DNA from: a virus | IMG/VR virus record: IMGVR_UViG_3300006736_003672 | Coordinates: 1-64,000 of that record | Length of the DNA: 64,000 nucleotides | Strand: one strand, 5' to 3' | In this document: positions 1-8,668 of the stretch, in pieces | Position numbering within the stretch: position 1 is the stretch's first letter | Layout: each line of letters opens with the position of its first letter | Made by a program: the position numbers and the translations under genes | Notes under the pieces: generated by a model | What the model was told of the DNA's origin: nothing | The model's input: the letters and a program-made list of their open reading frames with translations, nothing else | Databases searched by the model: none

Positions 1-1
1 T

Positions 2-808
2 ATAAATGAACTTAAGCTTAGAAAGTATATTCGTAAAGCTATCCAAATTGTAAAAGAAAGAAGAACAAACAAACAATTTGACGAAGAAAAAAAATTAAGA
101 AATTTAATCCGCAAAGCAGTTCTTCAAGAGAAAGAAAGAGAGCCGCTATATCCTGAAACTGGCAAAAACTTCTTAGATTCTTTATTTTTGGACACAGGAT
201 TTTTAAAAAGACTTAAATTGGGATATAAAGAATTAAAATCAACGGAAGAGCAAAGAGAAACGTTCAGAGAACACATTGTTTATCATGTTTTAAGAACTCT
301 TGAAACTCAAAGCGCGATGCAGGCACCAGGAGACAATACCAAAGAGGTTTCCAAAGTTGATCTTGCTGAACAAGAAGAAGAAATTACCATTTCAGTTGAT
401 AAAGATGATCGTTTAATGGGGACAGAGCCTGAAAAAGAAACACCCGAGGAAAAAGAAGACAAGGAATTAGAATCATTTAAAGTTCCCGGAGTAGAATATG
501 GGGATGTTACAGGTATAAAACAAGCTTTTGACACTTTTAATTTAACCGAAGTGAAAGCTTCTTTATTGCGTTATTGGAATAGAATGGGGAACACTACAGA
601 TGAAGAAGTTTTTTATGATAACATGAAAGAACAATTAAATTTATATTTTGATACATGGGAAGAAGAAGTCCAAGCAGAGATTTCAGCTACTAGGGAAGAA
701 GAAACTGTAGAATTAGCGCCAGAAGAGGCCCCATTAGAAGAACCGGAAGCTCTAGAACTCGAGCCAGAAGTCCCGGGAGAAGAACTAGAATTGGAACCCA
801 TGGAATAA
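2..808 (+). CDS. Acidic hypothetical phage protein, 5'-truncated (possible head-internal/scaffold-type protein)
   Basis: The frame of ORF 188..808 is open back to base 2 (INELKLRKYIRKAI...EEKKLRNLIRKAVLQE...). The C-terminus is Glu/Pro-rich (LELEP twice). Confidence 0.6.
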   Translation: MNELKLRKYIRKAIQIVKERRTNKQFDEEKKLRNLIRKAVLQEKEREPLYPETGKNFLDSLFLDTGFLKRLKLGYKELKSTEEQRETFREHIVYHVLRTLETQSAMQAPGDNTKEVSKVDLAEQEEEITISVDKDDRLMGTEPEKETPEEKEDKELESFKVPGVEYGDVTGIKQAFDTFNLTEVKASLLRYWNRMGNTTDEEVFYDNMKEQLNLYFDTWEEEVQAEISATREEETVELAPEEAPLEEPEALELEPEVPGEELELEPME

Positions 809-838
809 ATTTATAAAATAGAAACTAATTAAGTTATT

Positions 839-2422
839 ATGCCAACTACTTTAGGAAATAGCGAAACTTTTTATGATGATGTTGCGGCGCCAACTCACAC
901 TAAATATGTATCAAAAACCGGTCACGATACAAGCAACAATGGTGATTCATCGTCTGCGCCTTATCTTACAATAGCCAAGGCAATCGATGTATTAGATGCT
1001 GTTGATGACACTAATAATGAAACCGTAGGAACCGGTGTAAGGGTACTCATTCTTGTTGAGTCTGGTTCATACGAAGAACGTATAGCATGTGATAATATAA
1101 GAAACTTAACAGTAAGAGGTTGCGGCCCGAGCTTTGCAGATCCGTCTCCATACCGCCCAAGTATTGTTGGCGATGGATCTTCAAATTTGCAAAATACTTC
1201 AAACGGTGCTGATGGGTATGCAGCAGTCAACACAAACAATTACGCAGCCGGTGATGGCGGTGGATTAATAATTGAAAATTTACATTTTTCAAATTGGATC
1301 AAAACCAACGGACATTGTTATAAAACCAATACTCCCGGGTCAGCTAGATTTCTTAATTGCGAATTCAGTCAAAGCCATGGCGGATTATCACATGTAATAT
1401 TCAACCTGACCCCGGGTGAGAGCGCCGCTTGGCCAAGTAGAATAGATTGCTGTACGTTTCGCGGAGGGAGCCCGCAAGCGTCCGACGCCGGCGGTAAGGC
1501 CATCGCTGTTGGATCGGTCTCTCCAGCGCCAGCAGCAGACACCATATATATTACAAATAATGTAATATATGGCCATGCCACCGGCATCTCCGCCGGCGCC
1601 CAAAGAGTAAACATATACAACAATACAGTTGTAAGCTGCAGTTATGGAGGAATCTACGCGGTTGGACCGGCAAAAGTAGTAAATAATATTGTCGCAAGAT
1701 GTGGAGCAAATGCTACTTATGGTTATGGTCTGCAGATTAATGTTGACTCGGTGATCGTACGCTTAAATAACATACTAACTGGAAACATGCGTCATGAAGA
1801 TGGTAACGGCGAATTCTTCGACGCGGACAAAGCGTATGATGTGTTAGACTTTGGAGAAGCCGACCCTGCGTCATTAGCTGCAACTGAATTAAGGGTAAAT
1901 CCAGGCTTGAAACAAACTGGGACTATTGGCACCAATACTGAATTCAATCCAGTAACGTTTCCAAACGACGGAGGACCTTTTATGAACGAGACTCCAGATT
2001 TCCGTATTTCACAGTCTTCATCTCCAGCAGTTTCCAATGGATCTGATACCGTTCGGGATGATATTCGTAATAGTGGTTTTCGTAACTTCAAGCGCGGCCC
2101 CAATCGAGTGGAAGTCGGTGCATACGGATTTCATTATTGGCGATATCCTGTGGAAACTACAAATCCTCATATTAGCTCTGATTTTACGTTTAATAGTGCT
2201 TTCAATCATCCATCAGATGACAGAACTTTATTAGATATAGATGGCGCGGAACAGTCTGGGCAGGGCACGGCTGTAGCAGCCGGGGCAGAGTCTACACCTC
2301 CACCTTTTTCAGCTGGGGTCAAAGGAGTTTCGAGTTTACGCGGGCAACCGCGCGCATATAAACTAACTCCTGCCGGAGCTGGCGCAAGAGGGTCAGATAA
2401 AATAACGAAAGATGATAGTTAA
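839..2422 (+). CDS. Right-handed parallel beta-helix (pectin lyase-like) protein, possible virion-associated glycan-binding protein or depolymerase
   Basis: N-terminal YVSKTGHD..GDSSSAPYLTIAKAI motif, ILVESGSYEE, repeated IxNNxI/V rungs and C-terminal EVGAYGF. Confidence 0.75.
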   Translation: MPTTLGNSETFYDDVAAPTHTKYVSKTGHDTSNNGDSSSAPYLTIAKAIDVLDAVDDTNNETVGTGVRVLILVESGSYEERIACDNIRNLTVRGCGPSFADPSPYRPSIVGDGSSNLQNTSNGADGYAAVNTNNYAAGDGGGLIIENLHFSNWIKTNGHCYKTNTPGSARFLNCEFSQSHGGLSHVIFNLTPGESAAWPSRIDCCTFRGGSPQASDAGGKAIAVGSVSPAPAADTIYITNNVIYGHATGISAGAQRVNIYNNTVVSCSYGGIYAVGPAKVVNNIVARCGANATYGYGLQINVDSVIVRLNNILTGNMRHEDGNGEFFDADKAYDVLDFGEADPASLAATELRVNPGLKQTGTIGTNTEFNPVTFPNDGGPFMNETPDFRISQSSSPAVSNGSDTVRDDIRNSGFRNFKRGPNRVEVGAYGFHYWRYPVETTNPHISSDFTFNSAFNHPSDDRTLLDIDGAEQSGQGTAVAAGAESTPPPFSAGVKGVSSLRGQPRAYKLTPAGAGARGSDKITKDDS

Positions 2423-2447
2423 CAATTGCTAAAATCTGTGCTATAAT
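2419..2447 (+). promoter_or_regulatory. Sigma70-type promoter with extended -10 upstream of the Fis-like gene
   Basis: TTAACA (2419-2424), 17 bp spacer, TG at 2439-2440, TATAAT (2442-2447). Confidence 0.65.
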
Positions 2448-2479
2448 ATTTTTTAGATCTTTCTGAAGTAAATAATCAT

Positions 2480-2845
2480 ATGAATTGGAACAAAAAGAAG
2501 AAAATTCAAGGAAAAAATAGATATTATTCTATTTGTAATAAATTAAGAAAAGAAAATAAATCTCATGATGAATTTGAAGTTATGTTAAATAATTTAACTT
2601 TAGAAGAGATAATTGCTTTAAAATTAGAGTTAGCAGCTAAATCTGTAGGAGGTTATCTATATGGTATACCTATATTCTCAGCAATTCCTTATTTAGTTAG
2701 AGACGCTATATTAAAATATTCTCTTTCAGCCACTAGATCTAAGAAAGAAGCAGCCAGATTTTTAGGTATTAAGCTAGATCACTTCAAAAAATTAATAAAA
2801 AAGTACAATACAGAGAATTATTTTGAAGATCTTGACAATAAATAA
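2480..2845 (+). CDS. Fis-family helix-turn-helix DNA-binding protein
   Basis: C-terminal DAILKYSLSATRSKKEAARFLGIKLDHFKKLIKKY matches the Fis/NtrC HTH_8 pattern; small basic protein. Confidence 0.65.
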   Translation: MNWNKKKKIQGKNRYYSICNKLRKENKSHDEFEVMLNNLTLEEIIALKLELAAKSVGGYLYGIPIFSAIPYLVRDAILKYSLSATRSKKEAARFLGIKLDHFKKLIKKYNTENYFEDLDNK

Positions 2846-2860
2846 AAAATAGTGTATACT
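2832..2860 (+). promoter_or_regulatory. Near-consensus sigma70 promoter for tmRNA
   Basis: TTGACA (2832-2837), 17 bp spacer, TATACT (2855-2860), 22 nt upstream of the tmRNA 5' end. Confidence 0.85.
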
Positions 2861-2882
2861 TACTTCAGTTCTTTTAAAATTT

Positions 2883-3199
2883 GGGGGTGTCCTGGTTTCG
2901 ACAGAGATTATGATGATATATCTGGCAAGACTGTGTGAATGTCACAGCATAAACATTCAATTTTTAACTGCCAACGATAATGTTGAAGTTGATTACGCCT
3001 TAGCTGCGTAATCTGAGGCTGCTAGTGGCCTTATTCCCCAAAACTAGCAAAAAGTTTCTTATTTCTTTTAAAAAATAAGTGGTGCGCACGTTTAATTGAG
3101 CTACTGAGCAGTTTGCTGGTTCAAAAACCAGATAATCTTGTGAATGACAGTATATTTGATGATTTTTGGACGTGGGTTCGATTCCCACCGCCTCCACCA
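2883..3199 (+). ncRNA. ssrA: tmRNA (SsrA), tag peptide ANDNVEVDYALAA
   Basis: 5' GGGGGTG..TGGTTTCGAC. The 3' end has T-arm GTGGGTTCGATTCCCAC and CGCCTCC-ACCA, giving an acceptor stem with a G3.U alanine determinant. The tag ORF at 2970-3011 follows TAACT and ends ALAA-stop. Confidence 0.96.
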
Positions 3200-3268
3200 G
3201 ATGAATGACCCTGAGGGTGGAACCGTTGGTTTGAGGGCTGGGCTAATCAACACTTTAAAGAGGTTAAA

Positions 3269-3595
3269 ATGGTAACGAAACGTAAGAAAGTTGAAAGTAT
3301 AACACAACAAGAGGTTAAAATGGCAATAAAACATAAGAAAATTGATCAAACTGATCAAAATGCTAGTAAATCTTGGAAAAATATAGCATATTTCAACGAA
3401 TATCAAGATGCGGACAAGACAAGAGTTAAACTTTTGTCTGAAAACGATAAAATTCAGGTAAAAGTTAAACGTTGTGGCCCCGCAGGCCTAAAATATGTCG
3501 TAAAACTAAGAAAAAACCCAATTTTTGAGGAAAAAACAGAGAAAAAAGGCAAAAAACAGAGAAAAAAGGACAAAAATAAGAAGGTTCAACCATGA
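3269..3595 (+). CDS. Lysine-rich hypothetical protein
   Basis: ORF with GAGG RBS before ATG 3269; the same AAGAGGTTAAAATGG sequence recurs before an alternative start at 3320. Confidence 0.6.
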   Translation: MVTKRKKVESITQQEVKMAIKHKKIDQTDQNASKSWKNIAYFNEYQDADKTRVKLLSENDKIQVKVKRCGPAGLKYVVKLRKNPIFEEKTEKKGKKQRKKDKNKKVQP

Positions 3596-4206
3596 AAGAC
3601 ATATTTTGGGCTGGAAAAGACAACAAAGAAAAAGAAACTGCCCCAATTGTTGCTACTAGTGATAAAAACAACGTTGTTGAGACAACAAACAACAGAATTT
3701 ACTACTATTCAGAGGTTTCTAGGCAGAAAATCCTTGTTTTGAACAAGAGCTTAAGGAATTTGAATGATAATTTGCTTAATCAAGCGCAATTATTGGGTTT
3801 AGATAACCCTGCTAACATATATTTGCACGTAAACAGCTTTGGAGGCAGTGTTTTTGCGGGTTTATCGGCCGTAGATTACATAACATCATGTGAAGTGCCA
3901 GTTGTTACAGTAGTTGAGGGCTGCGCGGCCTCTGCAGCGACTCTTTTTAGCGTTGTTGGTGCCCACAGACAGATAAGAAGCAACTCTTTTATGCTAATTC
4001 ATCAAATTTCTTCCGGAATGTGGGGGAAATACGAAGAATTAAAGGATAGTATAGATAATTGTGACCTTTTTATGCGAATTATCAAGGATATTTACAACGA
4101 ACATACGAAAATACCTAAGAAAAAGCTTAATGAGATACTAAAACACGACCTATGGTTTGATGCTGAGACATGTCTTGAGTATGGGATTGTGGATGAGATA
4201 ATTTAG
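3592..4206 (+). CDS. clpP: ClpP-family serine protease
   Basis: IYLHVNSFGGSV, CAASAA (catalytic Ser), MLIHQ (His) and HDLWFDAE (Asp), ending YGIVDEII. Confidence 0.9.
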   Translation: MKDIFWAGKDNKEKETAPIVATSDKNNVVETTNNRIYYYSEVSRQKILVLNKSLRNLNDNLLNQAQLLGLDNPANIYLHVNSFGGSVFAGLSAVDYITSCEVPVVTVVEGCAASAATLFSVVGAHRQIRSNSFMLIHQISSGMWGKYEELKDSIDNCDLFMRIIKDIYNEHTKIPKKKLNEILKHDLWFDAETCLEYGIVDEII

Positions 4207-4212
4207 TAAATT

Positions 4213-4452
4213 ATGCCAATTTACGAATACAAGTGCCGATTATGCGGCTTTTCCTTCGAAATTATGCAAAAAGTCGAGGAAAGGGCGCCCAAATGCGATA
4301 ATATAGTGATTAGCGGCTCTTTAGAACGAAGATGTGGTGGAAGATGTAAAAAGCTTGTATCTAAAAGCTCGTTTGCATTAAAAGGCGGCGGATGGTACCA
4401 AGATGGGTATGTTAAACCAAATAAAAGCGATAACAATGATAACAAACAGTAA
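4213..4452 (+). CDS. FmdB-family zinc-ribbon protein
   Basis: MPIYEYKCRLCG...PKC...C..KLVSKSSFALKGGGWYQDGY. Confidence 0.85.
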   Translation: MPIYEYKCRLCGFSFEIMQKVEERAPKCDNIVISGSLERRCGGRCKKLVSKSSFALKGGGWYQDGYVKPNKSDNNDNKQ

Positions 4453-4459
4453 CATATCG

Positions 4460-5254
4460 TTAATAAGGCACATTTTCCTGTATATACTCTTTTAACTGTT
4501 TGTGAGTTGGAGAATATGTCAAAAATGGGAATCTTATATTAACTGAATGAATCATTCCGATTATATAGCCGTCTTTATTGAAAAGAGGAGATCCGGAACT
4601 TCCACCAATCGCCGGTACTGAATATATGGCAAATATTTGTTCCTTATCAGATGGATCTCTGGTTAAATATCCAGCGAAATAACCATCTAATTTGGGAATC
4701 ATGTTTTTATGAAACAGACCCATCGGCGCAGCTAAATTATATGTTTTATCACCTGGTTTTGGCGGATAGTGTGATATTAATGCTGGTTTTCGTTGAAGCT
4801 TTTTGACATAAATCAAACATATGTCTAATTTTTTATTATAATTTATGACATTGATATCATATTTTTTCATATCGATATCATAAGCATAAAATTTAATTTT
4901 TTTTATCGGAATTCCTTTGATGACTGACCGCACAAGAAGATCCATGTCGTCTTCACAAAAATGCGCTGCAGTTATTGCATATGAGCCGGCTTTTCCAGTA
5001 CTAACAACAAAAGCTGATGCAGAGGATATTACTCTTTCTATTCTACACTCAGTTTGTTGTTTTTGTTCGTTCTCTATACACTCTCGAGTAGAAAATTTAT
5101 TTTCAACTTTCAAAAATGATTCTCTAAAGCTTTTATTTCCTTCATTAAGGCCACCTGTAGTCAAATAAGATGAATTTAGGCCGCAGGAAAAAATTAATAG
5201 CGCTATTACAACAAAGATAACAGAAAGCAGTACGTATTTAATTATTTTGTTCAT
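4460..5254 (-). CDS. Trypsin-like (S1) serine protease, membrane-anchored or lipoprotein
   Basis: N-terminal hydrophobic stretch ending LIFSC; ITAAHFC (His), LDICLI (Asp) and GGSSGSPLF (Ser). It is the only clear minus-strand gene. Confidence 0.88.
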   Translation of the reverse strand: MNKIIKYVLLSVIFVVIALLIFSCGLNSSYLTTGGLNEGNKSFRESFLKVENKFSTRECIENEQKQQTECRIERVISSASAFVVSTGKAGSYAITAAHFCEDDMDLLVRSVIKGIPIKKIKFYAYDIDMKKYDINVINYNKKLDICLIYVKKLQRKPALISHYPPKPGDKTYNLAAPMGLFHKNMIPKLDGYFAGYLTRDPSDKEQIFAIYSVPAIGGSSGSPLFNKDGYIIGMIHSVNIRFPFLTYSPTHKQLKEYIQENVPY

Positions 5255-5345
5255 TATGTTATGTCCTCTCTAATTATAACTAGGGAATAAATCTTAATTT
5301 CTTGCTATATACTTGTATTATAGAGAAAAAGGAGAAATCCAAGAC

Positions 5346-5582
5346 ATGAAAGACATGAAAAAAATAATTTTTTTATTATTTAGTTTAATATTGTTCGGTT
5401 GCGTCGCCAGCGCCGTAGAAGTGAAAAATACGCCCATCCCATTGCCTGTTGAATTAGCTGAACAAGAATATGATGAAATGTTAGAATTGGCATACGAAAC
5501 GGATCAAGAAAGAGTTCGGGCAATTTATGTTGTTATTATTTCAGAACCGGAAGTAGTAACTGCTAAGCCACCTGAAAAATAG
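5346..5582 (+). CDS. Small putative lipoprotein
   Basis: AGGAGA RBS; MKKIIFLLFSLILFGC lipobox-like signal. Confidence 0.55.
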   Translation: MKDMKKIIFLLFSLILFGCVASAVEVKNTPIPLPVELAEQEYDEMLELAYETDQERVRAIYVVIISEPEVVTAKPPEK

Positions 5583-6911
5583 TTGTTTGATGTGACTGTG
5601 AGAAAAAAAACATATGTTTTAGATACCAATGTTTACTTAACTGATGCAAATTCTATTTTTGCATTTGGAAAAAGTGATATACTGGTACCTTTAAAGGTTT
5701 TAGAAGAAATAGACAAACACAAGAAACGACAAGACAGTGTTGGTTTAAATGCTAGAAATACCATTAGAATTCTTGACTCTTTAAGGGAAAAAGGCAACCT
5801 TAAGAAAGGGGTAAGAATAGGCAAAGGTAAAGGCATAATTTTCATTAAAAACTGCGAAACGTCTTTATTACCAGAAGAATTGTCTTCTAAAGACCCCGAT
5901 AATATGATTATCGGCACAGTTCTTGCAGAAAAGCAAAATTTTCCCAATAAAAAGATAATTGTAGTTTCTCGAGACATTAATATGAGAATTAAGTGTGATT
6001 CTCTAGAACTCCCGGTACAAGACTACACAGTTGGGCAAGTTGTACAAAATAGTTCCTTATTATATACTGGTTTCACAAAACATTTAGTTGATGATGAAAT
6101 TGTTGATCAATTTTATGATGGAGAAGACATATTCCTTGACAAAGATGAAGTGAAGCTGCATCCTAACCAATTGGTTATGCTTGTATCTAATTCTAACGAC
6201 AAAAAGACAGGACTAGCTAGATTTGTTAACTATAATTCTAATCTCAAAAAAATTATCGACAAAGGCGATGTTTGGGGAGTCAGGTCCAGAAATAAAGAAC
6301 AAAAATTTGCTTTAGACTTGTTGCTTGACAAAAATGTGCCAGTTGTTACGCTTGTAGGTAAAGCAGGTAGCGGAAAGACGTTGTGCGCCATCGCTGCAGG
6401 CCTCCATCAGACTGTTGAGGATGGCCAGGAGTCGACTTATCGCCGTTTGATAATAACTAGGCCCATACAGCCTTTAGGGCGCGATATAGGCTATTTACCG
6501 GGCTCAATGGAAGAAAAAATGATACCATGGTTGAGTCCAATCAAGGATAATCTAGAATATTTGATGAGTGATAAAAAAACACTTGACATGTACGTAGATG
6601 ATGGTACAATAGAGATAGAAGCATTAACTTATATTAGAGGTCGATCTATTTCTAACGCATATATTGTTATTGATGAATGTCAACAATTATCACAACATGA
6701 AATAAAAACAATTTTGACAAGAGTGGGAGAAAATACTAAACTTGTTCTGACAGGAGATATTGAACAAATTGATAATGTGTATGTCGATGAGACATCAAAT
6801 GGTCTAACATATATCGTTGAAAAATTTAAAGAGCATGAAGTTGCTGGTCATATTACATTGACCAGAGGAGAGCGTTCAAAAGTCGCTACATTAGCGGCAA
6901 AAATTTTATAA
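5583..6911 (+). CDS. phoH: PhoH-family ATPase with N-terminal PIN domain (PhoH2/YlaK-like)
   Basis: PIN motifs YVLDTNV, EEIDKHK and VVSRDINMRIK; Walker A GKAGSGKT; IGYLPG, YIRGRS, IIDECQ and LTGDIEQID. Confidence 0.93.
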   Translation: MFDVTVRKKTYVLDTNVYLTDANSIFAFGKSDILVPLKVLEEIDKHKKRQDSVGLNARNTIRILDSLREKGNLKKGVRIGKGKGIIFIKNCETSLLPEELSSKDPDNMIIGTVLAEKQNFPNKKIIVVSRDINMRIKCDSLELPVQDYTVGQVVQNSSLLYTGFTKHLVDDEIVDQFYDGEDIFLDKDEVKLHPNQLVMLVSNSNDKKTGLARFVNYNSNLKKIIDKGDVWGVRSRNKEQKFALDLLLDKNVPVVTLVGKAGSGKTLCAIAAGLHQTVEDGQESTYRRLIITRPIQPLGRDIGYLPGSMEEKMIPWLSPIKDNLEYLMSDKKTLDMYVDDGTIEIEALTYIRGRSISNAYIVIDECQQLSQHEIKTILTRVGENTKLVLTGDIEQIDNVYVDETSNGLTYIVEKFKEHEVAGHITLTRGERSKVATLAAKIL

Positions 6912-6921
6912 GGAGTAAAAA

Positions 6922-7206
6922 ATGGAAATTGAATGGAAAAACACAGAAGAAGGAACAAACACAACTCTCGATGAAGTTGTCGGAAAAGACACTGAATTGA
7001 AAAGCTGGCTTGTTGATTATGTTGGAACCCAACATGACCCGGAAGATGGAAACGTTTCTGTTGAAATGATTGTTGAAACAGTTGCAAAAGAATTTCCGGA
7101 ATTTCTTTTAGTGGTTGCTGAAGAAAATTGGGTTAGAGGATATCAGCAGGCATTAGTGGATGTGGATGTTGGTAAGCAAGTGTCAGAAAATGACAACGAG
7201 GAATAA
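6922..7206 (+). CDS. Hypothetical protein
   Basis: AAGGAG RBS; in the packed operon. Confidence 0.7.
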   Translation: MEIEWKNTEEGTNTTLDEVVGKDTELKSWLVDYVGTQHDPEDGNVSVEMIVETVAKEFPEFLLVVAEENWVRGYQQALVDVDVGKQVSENDNEE

Positions 7207-7888
7207 TATAACTGAGTATATCAAAAGTTCTTCTCTTAGAACGCTAAAAGACAGAACTCACTACGAATTTTTCAATAACGTACAGGTTTACATAAAAGAT
7301 TCTTTACCAAAAGATTTTGATGTATTGTTTGTTCTTAAAAAAATTGAAAATTTGATTCCTTCGCATTTTGTATATAATCTAGATTCTATTTTTGTTGGTC
7401 AATTTGATGAACTTATAGAAAGAGAAGTGAACGCCCTGTATAGGGATGGCGCTCTATATATAACAAATGATCAGACGGACGAAAATGACATGATTGATGA
7501 TATTATACATGAAATTGCTCACGTTGTTGAGGAAATGGCAGAAGAAGAGATATATGGTGATAATAAAATTAAAAATGAATTTTTAGGCAAAAGAAAAAGA
7601 CTATATAGTATTCTCAAAAATGAAAATTTTTATATCGAAATGAAGGATTTTTTAAATCCAGAATATTCAGAAAGTTTTGATGACTTTCTTTATAAAGAAG
7701 TTGGATATCCTCTTCTGACTAGCTTAAGCATGGGCCTGCTTGTCTCGCCATATGCTGCTACATCTTTAAAGGAGTATTTTGCTAGCGGCTTTGAAGAGTA
7801 TCATCTTAAAGATAGAGAGTATTTAAAAAAAATAAGCCCTAATCTTTATTTTAAAATTGAAGAACTACTAGAATGGACGAGGTATTAA
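7190..7888 (+). CDS. Putative zincin metallopeptidase-like protein
   Basis: IIHEIAHVVEE (HExxH) plus a downstream KEYFASGF third-ligand motif, as in the anthrax-LF/MtfA-like zincins. Confidence 0.6.
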   Translation: MTTRNNITEYIKSSSLRTLKDRTHYEFFNNVQVYIKDSLPKDFDVLFVLKKIENLIPSHFVYNLDSIFVGQFDELIEREVNALYRDGALYITNDQTDENDMIDDIIHEIAHVVEEMAEEEIYGDNKIKNEFLGKRKRLYSILKNENFYIEMKDFLNPEYSESFDDFLYKEVGYPLLTSLSMGLLVSPYAATSLKEYFASGFEEYHLKDREYLKKISPNLYFKIEELLEWTRY

Positions 7889-8659
7889 GTGAGTCAAAAA
7901 CATGTTTCTTTTTCTGAATTAAAAAATTGGGACAAGTGCCCATATTATCATAATTTAGTTAATCTACAAAAAATTAAAATTTTCCAAGGAAACGAGTATA
8001 CTGCATTTGGAAACGCTGTTCATGATACATGTGAAAATATGTTATTGAATGAAGACGCAGAGTCAGATAAATATTTCGTGTCCAAATATAAGGAAGCCCT
8101 GAAGAAGTTATCAGGCGACAATTATGATTTCAATAAAAAACTAGCCTTGGAGATGAAAGATCAAGGCCTGCAATTATTAGATTATATAAAACCAGCTCTT
8201 AAAAAATATTTTGGAAAATATCAAATCGTTTGTACGGAAGAAGCTCTTTTTGAAGATATAGAGACCCACGATTTCAAATTTAAGGGTTATGTTGATTTGG
8301 TGCTGAAGACAAAAGATGGCAAATATCATGTTATCGACTGGAAAACCTGTTCTTGGGGATGGGACGCGAGAAGAAAGAACGATAAAATGACAACTTATCA
8401 GTTAACTTATTACAAATATTATTTTTCCAAAAAGCACAACGTTGAGCTAGATAATATTGAAACGCATTTTGCTCTTCTTAAAAGAACGGCTAAAAAGAAC
8501 AAGGTTGAATTATTCAAAGTTGCCAGCGGGAATAAAAAAATTAAAAATGCCCTTAAATTTCTTGAGAAAGCACTGTACAATATTAGTAACAAAAATTTTA
8601 TAAAGAATAGACTATCTTGTAGGTATTGCGAATTTTATAAAACAAAACATTGTCCATAA
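7889..8659 (+). CDS. Cas4/RecB-like PD-(D/E)XK exonuclease with Fe-S cysteines
   Basis: SFSEL..WDKCP, GNAVH, KGYVDLV, VIDWKT, QLTYY and C-terminal CRYCEF...C. Confidence 0.88.
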   Translation: MSQKHVSFSELKNWDKCPYYHNLVNLQKIKIFQGNEYTAFGNAVHDTCENMLLNEDAESDKYFVSKYKEALKKLSGDNYDFNKKLALEMKDQGLQLLDYIKPALKKYFGKYQIVCTEEALFEDIETHDFKFKGYVDLVLKTKDGKYHVIDWKTCSWGWDARRKNDKMTTYQLTYYKYYFSKKHNVELDNIETHFALLKRTAKKNKVELFKVASGNKKIKNALKFLEKALYNISNKNFIKNRLSCRYCEFYKTKHCP

Positions 8660-8668
8660 GAGGTTACT

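Noticed and set aside
3165-3199. Stand-alone tRNA
   Set aside because: It is the 3' tRNA-like domain of the tmRNA and has no anticodon arm.
3000-3406. Minus-strand ORFs 3000..3197 and 3101..3406
   Set aside because: They are antisense shadows of the tmRNA; WWRRWESNPRP is the typical reverse translation of a T-arm/acceptor end.
7889-8659. Cas4-like gene as part of a CRISPR-Cas system
   Set aside because: No repeat-spacer array or other cas genes are visible; solo Cas4-like nucleases are common in phages.
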